Shown here: one piece after another, positions 7,295 through 14,574 of the stretch
How the letters are laid out: the number at the start of each line of letters is the position of its first letter
How positions within the stretch are numbered: position 1 is the stretch's first letter
From: Sinorhizobium meliloti
Lineage (GTDB): Bacteria; Pseudomonadota; Alphaproteobacteria; Rhizobiales; Rhizobiaceae
NCBI RefSeq assembly: GCF_017876815.1
Contig: NZ_JAGIOS010000002.1
Span: 1,320,001 to 1,352,000 of the forward strand
Length of the DNA stretch: 32,000 bases
Direction: 5' to 3'
Translations under genes and position numbers: made by a program
The notes under the pieces: model-generated
The model's database searches: none
The model's input: the letters and a program-made list of their open reading frames with translations, nothing else
What the model was told of the DNA's origin: nothing

Positions 7295-7330
7295 GGTCGG
7301 TGTGGTTTCGCGCCGGCCTTCATTGTTTTT
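7295..7330 (+). terminator. Intrinsic terminator after the esterase gene; third copy of the module A/B terminator
   Basis: The stem is 10 bp (GGTCGGTGTG/CGCGCCGGCC) with loop GTTT, followed by TTCATTGTTTTT. CCGATGCGGAGGGAGGTCGGTGTGGTTTCGCGCCGGCC aligns with GCGATGATGAGGAAGGTCGGTGCGGTTTCGCCCCGGCC of module B. Confidence 0.65.
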
Positions 7331-7835
7331 CCGAGAAATTGATCTTCTTGCGATGTGGCAGATACGGCCGCAACTCGGGCGGCTGCTCGGTATTGAGTTC
7401 GTGCGCTTCCGCGACCTCCTCATCGAGGACGTGCGCATAGCGGTGGTCTCGACATCGGCGTGGCTGATGCCTACTGACGGTTTTCAGATTCCTGGTCTTT
7501 CGCAGGAGCCTCGTCGCCAGACCATGGCGGAAGTCGCGGAATCGGAAATTCTCGACCTTGGCCTTCGCTCTGATGCGCTCCACCGCGTCTCGAGGGAGCT
7601 ATAATGATGCCTTCTTCGATCCTTCCCATCTCCCTTGTATGACTCTTACCCGATCGGGGCCGGGCCGCCTGGTATGTGATATGTGAAGACGAATTCCCGA
7701 TGGTGCCCGCACAGGGGCAGCAGAATATCGCGCAGTGCCGGTGATGGCCGTCTTGACCACGCGGCCGCCTTCCCCCGGCGCCGCGGCGGACATCCGGGCG
7801 CGAGGTTTTCCCAGCGGTAGTTGAGGGGGAGGTGG
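7320..7835 (-). pseudogene. Tyrosine recombinase / phage integrase, C-terminal half only, multiple frameshifts
   Basis: The fragments lie in three frames: ALRDILLPLCGHHREFVFTY; RAKAKVENFRFRDFRHGLATRLLRKTRNLKTV...RYAHVLDEEVAEA. This covers the R..H.LRH...Y catalytic region of integrases. The N-terminal half is absent. Confidence 0.7.
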
Positions 7836-8348
7836 TCATCGCGCGAAATATTCCTTCGGTTGCGTGGACGCAGCCACATAGAGCGGGTGTACGGGATGAC
7901 CGTCTGCCGTCAGTTTGAGAGCCGCTGGGTTGAAGAACGCAAGCCTCTCCGCGACTTCGCGTCCACGATCATGAAGTGTGCCATGTGTTCCCCACGCGCA
8001 TATGATCTTACGTGCGCTATGCGCGATCGAGAGCAAGTGCTTGTCGTTATCTGGGCCGATCGGGTCAGGGTGGTCGTAAAGGGCTTTCGGATCGGTGGAG
8101 CGAAGTGCAAAGAGGTTACCAACAATCAAGCCGCCATGGCCCCAAGCCCGCGCGAAGCCGACGCACCGGCGAATCGTCGGGTCATCTTGGCAGGCGTCCG
8201 CTATGGACGGGTTCAGCATGAGGAAGGCGACCTTGGCCTTCTCCGAATCCCATTGCCGCTCGAGACGGTAACGGTAGGCACCGCATCTTGAGATAGTAGC
8301 CGAAGACTTCACCTCGGTTGGAAATACATCGAGCGTGTCGCCCATCAC
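7836..8348 (-). CDS. DUF1643 domain-containing protein
   Basis: 170-aa intact ORF. YRYRLERQW...VAFLMLNPSIAD...DDPTIRRCVGFARAWGHGGLIVGNLFALRSTDP...NDKHL...ICAWG...GHPVHPLY matches the DUF1643 signature. Confidence 0.85.
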   Translation of the reverse strand: MMGDTLDVFPTEVKSSATISRCGAYRYRLERQWDSEKAKVAFLMLNPSIADACQDDPTIRRCVGFARAWGHGGLIVGNLFALRSTDPKALYDHPDPIGPDNDKHLLSIAHSARKIICAWGTHGTLHDRGREVAERLAFFNPAALKLTADGHPVHPLYVAASTQPKEYFAR

Positions 8349-8766
8349 TCAGCCTCTTCCGCCCCGGACAGCAGCCTCTGCCGAGGCCATGCGCTCGTGA
8401 ACGATCTCGCCGGTCGGATGCAGGATCTGGCCCAACAACGCCGCATGGAAAGATAGAATATCAGTCTCGACAGCCGTCACCGGCCTTTGCGCCGTTCGCG
8501 GAGGATCAGCCAGACGGCGTTTGCCCTTTTTCAAGGGAAGCCGCTCGTGTTCGACCCTGGTCTTTCGCATCTTGTTTGAAGATGGTTCTCGCGCAACCAG
8601 GCGACAATACTCCGGGGCGTTGGCCTCTGGTTCGGCCGCGGTATTCGAGTTGGGTGATGACCTTGCCCTCGGCAAATCTTCCATCGGCGCGAACTTCGAG
8701 CAGCCGAAGGCCTGAATGGTCTTGTGGATAGAACATTTTCCGTTGTTTTTTGGCCAGCGTGAGCAT
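8349..8766 (-). pseudogene. Unassigned ORF(s) directly abutting the DUF1643 start; possibly one frameshifted gene
   Basis: The TGA at 8349-8351 is immediately followed by the DUF1643 start codon. There are two coding-looking pieces in different frames: MFYPQDHSGLRLLEVRADGRFAEGKVITQLEYRGRTRGQRP and ...KKGKRRLADPPRTAQRPVTAVETDILSFHAALLGQILHPTGEIVHERMASAEAAV. I recognise no family and see no convincing SD. Confidence 0.25.
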
Positions 8767-8777
8767 ACCAGTTCATG

Positions 8778-8966
8778 TGATGGTTCCGCCCGACTGAAGA
8801 ACGGCGGATGAAAAGGGAACACGGTGAGGACGACCCATCAGGGGCTAAAACCGTGGCTGCCCCCGCAACTGTGAGCGGCGAGCAAAGTCCAAGGATGCCA
8901 TTGGCCGTGAATCGGCTGATAAGGCGGACAAAGCTACGACCCGCAAGCCAGGAGACCTGCCATCAC
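8778..8966 (+). promoter_or_regulatory. Cobalamin (B12) riboswitch
   Basis: The conserved blocks appear in order: GGTTCC...AAAAGGGAA, GGTG, GCTGCCCCCGCAACTGTGAGCGG, GCCATTGG...AAGGCGG, and GACCCGCAAGCCAGGAGACCTGCC (the B12 box). P1 pairing is TGATGGT/GCCATCA. A hairpin CCGCAC-GGTGG-GTGCGG (8997-9013) sits just before the SD of the downstream gene. Confidence 0.85.
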
Positions 8967-9025
8967 CTTGGGCGACACGCCTCAACAACTGCCACGCCGC
9001 ACGGTGGGTGCGGAAAGGAGAGCAC

Positions 9026-9706
9026 ATGCATATCGAACCAGGCGTCGTCGATGGCGCAAAGATTATATTGAGTTATGCCACTGCCGCAGGGGCTCTCGGG
9101 CTCACCGCCAAGTTGGCGGCTGACAGTATTCGCAACAACGGTGGTGCCGGTGCGCTCGTGTTACGCAGTGTGGTGACAACGGCTTTGGTCTTCTGCTTTT
9201 TCGAAGTTCTGCCGCACCATCCTGCTGGTGTCTCGGAAGTCCATCTTATCCTGGGTTCAACCCTTCTTCTCTTGTTCGGAGCAGGCGCCGCTGCGGTTGG
9301 CCTTGCGGCTGGTCTGCTTCTTCAAGGGCTTTTCTTTGCGCCGTTCGATTTGCCACAATATGGGATGAACGTAACTACGTTGCTGGTGCCCCTTTGGGCA
9401 ACCAGTCTGCTCGCGGCGCGGATTATTCCGTCTCGGACCGCATACGTGGAATTGAAATATAGGGAAACTTTGGCGCTCTCCACGACCTATCAGGGCGGTA
9501 TTGTTGCATGGGTTGCCTTCTGGGCACTATATGGCCACGGCTTCAGCGTCGAAAATCTCGCGGCCGTGGGTTCGTTCGGCGCTGCCTACATGAGCGTCAT
9601 TCTGCTGGAGCCCCTGATCGACTTGGGTGTTCTCGCCGGTGCAAAGGCGCTTGATCGCTACAGTCGTGGTCCCATGTTCAATATCAGACTGCATCGGGCG
9701 GCGTGA
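9026..9706 (+). CDS. CbiM/NikM-like (PF01891-type) membrane permease, stand-alone
   Basis: An AGGAG SD precedes ATG 9026. The N-terminus MHIEPGVVDGAKI is typical of CbiM-family proteins (MHI.DG). The protein has multiple hydrophobic helices. It lies directly downstream of the B12 riboswitch, and no cbiN/Q/O genes are adjacent. Confidence 0.75.
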   Translation: MHIEPGVVDGAKIILSYATAAGALGLTAKLAADSIRNNGGAGALVLRSVVTTALVFCFFEVLPHHPAGVSEVHLILGSTLLLLFGAGAAAVGLAAGLLLQGLFFAPFDLPQYGMNVTTLLVPLWATSLLAARIIPSRTAYVELKYRETLALSTTYQGGIVAWVAFWALYGHGFSVENLAAVGSFGAAYMSVILLEPLIDLGVLAGAKALDRYSRGPMFNIRLHRAA

Positions 9707-10520
9707 TTATGAACACGCCCAGTGCATGGGTATGGGGGCGATAATCTGAGGCGTAAGCGGGATTGATCTCGCTTTCGCTGCTTCCCAATTCTCCAGCAGT
9801 AAGCGGCGTTCGAAGCGGATCGGAAGAGGGCGAGAGCCCAGCGGGACGAAGAATATGTCGCGTCGGAGCTGCAGCGGATCAGCCTTCAACGCCACCGCAG
9901 CTCTGTTTGTGTCAGGCTGTCTCGCTGTCCGAGGCACGGGGTTCCGCCGTCGCATCTTCACCATCATTGTCGTCCGGCCACCAGCCGTGCCAATCGTCCC
10001 CCACGCCCTCTTCGCCTGACCACCGTCGAGCCGGGAGGTTAGCATCTGGAGCGGCTCGTCCTCCGCAATTCCGCATTTGCGGCGTCACATACGCGGCGAT
10101 GTCCTTCTGGCAGTCCCAGATCAGCCTCTTCATCTTCTGTTTGTCGGCATGGGTGGGATTCGTCGGCGGGTCAACACATGACCGCTCGCGACGTTCCAAT
10201 GCTGCCGCGACGAGCGACTTGTTCCAAAATACCTTGCCGCAATGGTGCTGCATCGCCCGTCACTTTGAGGGTCAGGAATCGTTTCAGGAAGTTATTATGG
10301 GATTCTGGGCGCCGTAGCATTTCGTTCGATGTGCGCCCATCCGCGCTTGGGTTGCCGCGAAAAATGCGAGGGAGCGCAGTTTCTGGCTCTCGTCGTGACA
10401 TTCGCAATCGAACAGGCGTGTGCCGCTAACGGCAGGCGCTGGAAATTCCCCAAAATACCTAGGGTTGCCGCGGCGCCTCCGAAACGCATTTATGCCTCGG
10501 GCGTATACCAGGAGGTAATA

Positions 10521-10652
10521 ATGGACGTCGAATTGCTGACCCGTCTAGGTGTTGCGGCCTTCATCCTCGCCATATCAGTGTTAGTCGGGCAGGAAGTTGG
10601 ACTTCCAACGAACGTCCTTGAAACGCAGGCGACTGTAACCTCGAATCATTGA
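10521..10652 (+). CDS. Small single-TM peptide (43 aa)
   Basis: A canonical SD AGGAGG lies 5 nt before the ATG. The sequence is MDVELLTRLGVAAFILAISVLVGQEVGLPTNVLETQATVTSNH, with one hydrophobic helix. It overlaps the minus-strand ORF 10581-10757 in antisense. Confidence 0.35.
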   Translation: MDVELLTRLGVAAFILAISVLVGQEVGLPTNVLETQATVTSNH

Positions 10653-10757
10653 GAGCCATCCCTCAGATAGCGCTACGGCACTCGCACCTATTGCGCATGC
10701 ATTGCCGGCAAGGGGACGTGTCGAAACAAGGAGCGGCGCGCGTGCTGCTTTTCTCAT
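10581..10757 (-). CDS. Hypothetical 58-aa ORF, start overlapping the ybaN-like stop (ATGA)
   Basis: The ATGA overlap with the upstream gene suggests translational coupling. The sequence MRKAARAPLLVSTRPLAGNACAIG... is not convincing, and it competes with the plus-strand peptide. Confidence 0.25.
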   Translation of the reverse strand: MRKAARAPLLVSTRPLAGNACAIGASAVALSEGWLSMIRGYSRLRFKDVRWKSNFLPD

Positions 10758-11134
10758 GGTTTGTTTGGCGGTTCTGGACGGGACACGATGAAGGCACCGC
10801 AGGTGAACATGATACCCGTAACCACGAGCAAAGCGATTGCCGGTGGTTCGAACGCAACCCACAAATAGATGAGTGCCAAACTCATCAGCAAAACTGCAGA
10901 TATTTTGGCACGACGTGAGATTGCTCCTTCTTCCCGCCAGTCACGTAATGGCGGCCCGAACAATGGATGGTCCATCAGCCATTTCGCGAGGCGCGGCGAG
11001 GAGCGCGAAAACAACCATACCGCCAGGAGGAGGAAAGGCGTCGTGGGTAGCAGCGGGAGAAAGATTCCGACAATGGCGAGCCCGACCATCAGCCAGGCGA
11101 GGCTGAGAAGTGCAAGGCGCATAGAAAGGTTCAT
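10754..11134 (-). CDS. ybaN: YbaN/DUF454 family inner-membrane protein
   Basis: GIFLPLLPTTPFLLLAVWLFSRSSPRLAKWLMDHPLFGPPLRDWREEGAISRRAK is the DUF454 signature. Confidence 0.85.
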   Translation of the reverse strand: MNLSMRLALLSLAWLMVGLAIVGIFLPLLPTTPFLLLAVWLFSRSSPRLAKWLMDHPLFGPPLRDWREEGAISRRAKISAVLLMSLALIYLWVAFEPPAIALLVVTGIMFTCGAFIVSRPEPPNKP

Positions 11135-11272
11135 CTGCCTTCTCTCCGGTCAGCTGCCAAATGCCGGCGACGCGTGTTCCTGCCGAGACGAAATAAAGCT
11201 CCGAATTGGAGAGATACAAGGTGCTTCATTCTTCAACATACAGGAGTGGCGGGGAAAAAGCGCCTCGCTGCT

Positions 11273-11470
11273 CTAAGCCCCGCCAAGCGTCGCCGTTTCG
11301 TCGATTGCGGTGTCTTTGCCGAGTTCTGATTCATCCTCGGTTAAAGCGAGATAACCGTGTCTGCCTAACCAGTCTCGAACGATGAGACGAAGGGCTTCTT
11401 CCCGGTTGACTGCACATTCAGCCATGAAGAGCTGAATTCCGCGTTCTGAATCTTCTTCAAGGTAAGTCAT
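11273..11470 (-). CDS. Hypothetical small acidic protein (65 aa)
   Basis: The ORF runs from ATG 11470 (MTYLEEDSERGIQLFMAECAVNREEALRLIVRDWLGRHGY...) with a weak AGGGG SD. I recognise no family. Confidence 0.4.
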   Translation of the reverse strand: MTYLEEDSERGIQLFMAECAVNREEALRLIVRDWLGRHGYLALTEDESELGKDTAIDETATLGGA

Positions 11471-11815
11471 CGAGCTGCCCCTGTGTTGCCGGTGTCGATC
11501 AAACCGAAATTCCAATCACATGACAAGGCTCCCGTTGTGGGGCCCTTTTCTTCCAAGCGCTCGTCATTCCATGCAATTATCCAGGGCACTCTGACGGAAG
11601 TTTTTTCGACCAGAGGAATGGCGAACGTTCAAGGTTGCCAACCTTGCGGCATGTTGAAGCGATCTCCTCCAAGTCTGCCAACCTGTCGCTCTCGCACAGT
11701 CGAGGCGTTTCGCGCGCGGACCGGGCGTGCTTTGCATTCAGTCACTGCTGCATGTCGAACCCACGGCTGTTGAGTCGCTGCCGACGCCCGGCTCCTGAAA
11801 GTTCCATCTCCGATC

Positions 11816-12347
11816 CTAGCCACGGCGACGTGAAATCTCGCGGTACAGTGCTTCCGGAGAAACTGCGATTTCTTCGCAAGTCTTCGCCATTCACCCTTCG
11901 CGGGAAGATCGCCGTCGCTCCATGTTAGCCAGGCGTCCAGCCGGGCTGCGACTGTCCGCAAGGCAAGGATTTCGGCGCGCTTCCTGGTATGTTGCAGTTC
12001 GTTCGAGAGGTGGCGTGACCATTCCAAGGCGAAGACATGGTCCTCGTTTAGCAGCCGCTGGATGTCGCCGATTGGGATCAAAACCACTTCCGTCGCCATC
12101 GCGGCGACGCGTCGCAGTGGTATTGATCCGAAAACACAGAGGCTTCGGCTAACACCGTTCCTCGCCTGGCACGCTGCAAAACCACAGGGCGGCCGTCCTC
12201 CTGATAGCGCACGAGGTTTGCACATCCATCGGTTATCAGGAACATGGGCCGCACCGGATCGCCTCTGTGAAAGAGGTGATCGCCCTTCACAAAGGATCTA
12301 CGCGCGACGGCCCTCGGCCGAAGAACGGCAAGAATTTCATCCGACAT
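11816..12347 (-). pseudogene. Crp/Fnr family transcriptional regulator, two frameshifts
   Basis: The cNMP-binding N-terminus is MSDEILAVLRPRAVARRSFVKGDHLFHRGDPVRPMFLITDGCANLVRYQEDGRPVVLQRA. The middle part is in a second frame (ATEVVLIPIGDIQRLL...RKRAEILALRTVAARLDAWL). The HTH tail EEIAVSPEALYREISRRRG* is in a third frame. Confidence 0.75.
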
Positions 12348-12423
12348 GATAACTATCATGTTCACGGTGGCGATCGGTTGGCAAGCTGAACACCCTCCCT
12401 CGTTAGTTCCAACTGGTGTCCCC

Positions 12424-12942
12424 ATGAGAATCCTGTTCCTTACGCTTATTGCCGTTACTCTGCCGCTTCCCGCAGCGGCCGAGGGAGAACACGTCCACCA
12501 TTCGCCCTACGCTGGCCAAGAGCTCCGCGAAATGAAAAGCCTGTCGGCGGATGATCTTGCAGAACTTGAAAGTGGCGGAGGGTGGGGCTTGGCGAAAGCC
12601 GCCGAGCTTAACGGCATCCCAGGACCTTCTCATGTGCTGAAAATGAAGGCCGACCTCGCCTTAAGCGTCGACCAGGAAACATCGACGCAGCGCATCTTCG
12701 AGAAGATGCGAGAAGACGCGGTGAGCGAAGGAAAGAGACTGATCGCGGGCGAATTGGCGCTTGAGATTGCGTTCCGTGAGGGCTCGATCAACGAGGCCAA
12801 TCTTCGTGCGCAACTTCGCGCGGTGGAAACAATCAGAGCAAACCTGCGCTACATTCATCTAACAGCCCATCTTGAGATGATGCGCGTGCTAACCGAAGCT
12901 CAGGTCAAGCAGTACAGCGAGCTGCGGGGATACGCTCGCTGA
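12424..12942 (+). CDS. Periplasmic LTXXQ-motif protein (Spy/CpxP/ZraP-like, heavy-metal-associated family)
   Basis: The signal peptide is MRILFLTLIAVTLPLPAAA, followed by the His-rich EGEHVHHSPY. The protein has a coiled helical body and a C-terminal LTEAQVKQYSELRGY (LTXXQ) motif. Confidence 0.8.
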   Translation: MRILFLTLIAVTLPLPAAAEGEHVHHSPYAGQELREMKSLSADDLAELESGGGWGLAKAAELNGIPGPSHVLKMKADLALSVDQETSTQRIFEKMREDAVSEGKRLIAGELALEIAFREGSINEANLRAQLRAVETIRANLRYIHLTAHLEMMRVLTEAQVKQYSELRGYAR

Positions 12943-13016
12943 TCTGCGGGTTCAAGAAACCATTCCCAACCTGCTTTGGTTTTGCCGGAACGGCTCGTTA
13001 AGTTTCTATTGTTTGC

Positions 13017-13052
13017 CAATCACGCGCGCCCCCGGCGCGGCGCGTGTGATTG
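13017..13052. terminator. Long GC hairpin between convergent genes (possible bidirectional terminator)
   Basis: CAATCACGCGCGCC - CCCGGCGC - GGCGCGTGTGATTG forms a 14-bp stem with one G-U pair. The T-tracts are poor on both sides. Confidence 0.45.
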
Positions 13053-13069
13053 TTCGGTAACCTGGGGGA

Positions 13070-13291
13070 TCAGTCGACGTGGCTGCAGCAGGACTTTTTG
13101 AAGGACGCCCGGTAACCAGCGTCTTCAATCGCAGCGATGAATACATCGGGTCCAATCTCGGATTCGATCGAGGCGGATTTCGCCTCGAGATTGACGGCAA
13201 CCTTGGCCTTCGGGTCAGCGGCTTTGACGGCCTTCTCGACCGTGGCGGCGCAGTGTCCGCAGGTCACGTCTTCTACGTCGAGGTGATACAT
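13070..13291 (-). CDS. copZ: Heavy-metal-associated (HMA) copper chaperone, CopZ-like
   Basis: An AAGGAG SD precedes ATG 13291. MYHLDVEDVTCGHCAATVEKAVKAADPKAKVAVNLE...IAAIEDAGY is the ferredoxin-like HMA fold with a CxxC motif. It has an unusual C-terminal CCSHVD tail. Confidence 0.85.
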   Translation of the reverse strand: MYHLDVEDVTCGHCAATVEKAVKAADPKAKVAVNLEAKSASIESEIGPDVFIAAIEDAGYRASFKKSCCSHVD

Positions 13292-13320
13292 CGAGAGTCT
13301 CCTTTGATCTGACTTGAGCG

Positions 13321-13351
13321 AATGTGGAGCTTCCAACGATGGCAAGGTCAA
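13321..13351 (-). promoter_or_regulatory. MerR/CueR-type promoter-operator (19-bp spacer with dyad)
   Basis: The minus strand reads TTGACCTTGCCATCGTTGGAAGCTCCACATT. The E. coli copA promoter reads TTGACCTTCCCCTTGCTGGAAGGTTTAACCT. The two share the -35, spacer length and inverted CTTxCC/GGAAG arms. Confidence 0.6.
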
Positions 13352-13706
13352 GGGTGTGCTCTACAATTCCGACTGTGCGCCCCTTGATGATGGTGGCCAG
13401 ACCAGAACAGGCGACGCAAAGATAGCAAAATTGGCGCGGGCTTGCCGGTGAACTCGACGGAGCTGAGATCGGCACTCCAGCGTCCATTTCCAGCCACAAA
13501 CTGGACAGTATCATTTGCTGCAACTCGTGCGTTGACGGCGAGAACTCATTTGAGTTGCCGCACCGCCTTGGCGAAGGCGCGGCTTGCAAGTAATAGGGTC
13601 TTGTGATGCACGCGCTTATTCAGTCTTTGTGCCCATGTCGGCACGCCTGCTAGCGGATTTGGGATCGACGGCTGCAGGAAGTGTGCAGCAACTGGGAACG
13701 GAGCAA

Positions 13707-14552
13707 ATGACCACAAGCGTTTTGGCAGCAAGCGGCGGCGTGAAGCAAGTCATCTGCATCAATTGGGGCACAAAATATGGAGCCCCCTTTATTAACCGGC
13801 TCTACGCGATGGTTGCTCGCAACATCACGCCGCCTTTCACCTTCACCTGTTTTACCGATTGTCGCGCAGGCCTGAACCCCGCGATACTTTGCGAAGACTT
13901 GCCTCCACTCAACGTGGAGACCATGCCGACCAACACGAGAGGCATATGGCCCAAGGCGCGGCTCTGGGGGCCGTCCTTGGGAAATCTAAAGGGCCCGGTG
14001 CTTTTTCTCGATCTGGATCTCGTGATCGTGTCATCGCTGGATGTTTTCTTCGAGATAGGGAAGGCGGATGACATAATACTGGCGAGAAACCAAACGACAC
14101 CCTTTGAGCGCCTCGGGCAAACGTCCCTCTTCCGCTTTCCGGTTGGGAAACTCGTGCCGCTGCAGGACAAGTTCCGATCCGATCCACAGGGTGTGGCCGA
14201 CGAGTATCGGTACGAGCAGCGCTTCGTAAGCCGCAAGGCGCCTGGGGGGATAAAGTTCTTTCCACGGAAATGGGTTCTTCATTTTCGCCAGGACTGCCGC
14301 TGGCCATTTCCGCTCAATTACTTCTTTGCGCCACGTCTGCCGCATGATGCACGTGTCGTGATTTTTCCGCGCGGTCTGCATCCACAGCACGCGGTAGAGG
14401 GCCGATACGGAACCAAGGGTCCCCGCAAGACGGCGTTCAAACACATAGCGGGAGTCTTCGATGCGAAGCAAAGGAAGAACAAGGGACCGCTACAATACTT
14501 GCGACATTATATCCGTCCGACGCCTTGGGTGGCGGAGCACTGGCGCGAATAA
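13707..14552 (+). CDS. Putative GT-A-like glycosyltransferase (family not assigned)
   Basis: 281-aa ORF from ATG 13707. It carries VICINWGTKYGAPFINRLYAMVARNI..FTCFTD and a DLDLV (DxD-like) motif. The context is a polysaccharide locus. The ORF is confident, but the function rests only on motifs. Confidence 0.6.
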   Translation: MTTSVLAASGGVKQVICINWGTKYGAPFINRLYAMVARNITPPFTFTCFTDCRAGLNPAILCEDLPPLNVETMPTNTRGIWPKARLWGPSLGNLKGPVLFLDLDLVIVSSLDVFFEIGKADDIILARNQTTPFERLGQTSLFRFPVGKLVPLQDKFRSDPQGVADEYRYEQRFVSRKAPGGIKFFPRKWVLHFRQDCRWPFPLNYFFAPRLPHDARVVIFPRGLHPQHAVEGRYGTKGPRKTAFKHIAGVFDAKQRKNKGPLQYLRHYIRPTPWVAEHWRE

Positions 14553-14574
14553 TCGTGGGACCGCACTTAGGGCC

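Noticed and set aside
7814-7820. A further GCGGTAG heptamer at the junction of the integrase remnant and DUF1643. It might be the displaced ops-like motif belonging to the third terminator copy.
   Set aside because: The flanking sequence does not align with the GTCTATGCGGTAGGG context of modules A and B. A single heptamer is within chance expectation.
8506-8766. WGR-domain-like motif (QLEYRGRTRGQ resembling WGRIGxxGQ) in the ORF upstream of DUF1643
   Set aside because: The spacing to the preceding RF(Y) element is about 13 residues too short, and the rest of the domain is not recognisable. The evidence is too weak to call.
13352-13590. ORF 13215-13589(-), and a possible remnant of a CueR gene or a P-type ATPase tail (LSSVEF...LLSLRRLFWSGHHHQ in one minus frame)
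   Set aside because: No frame gives a convincing MerR HTH or an ATPase C-terminus. The ORF also runs across the copZ promoter-operator. I treated it as non-coding or unresolved.
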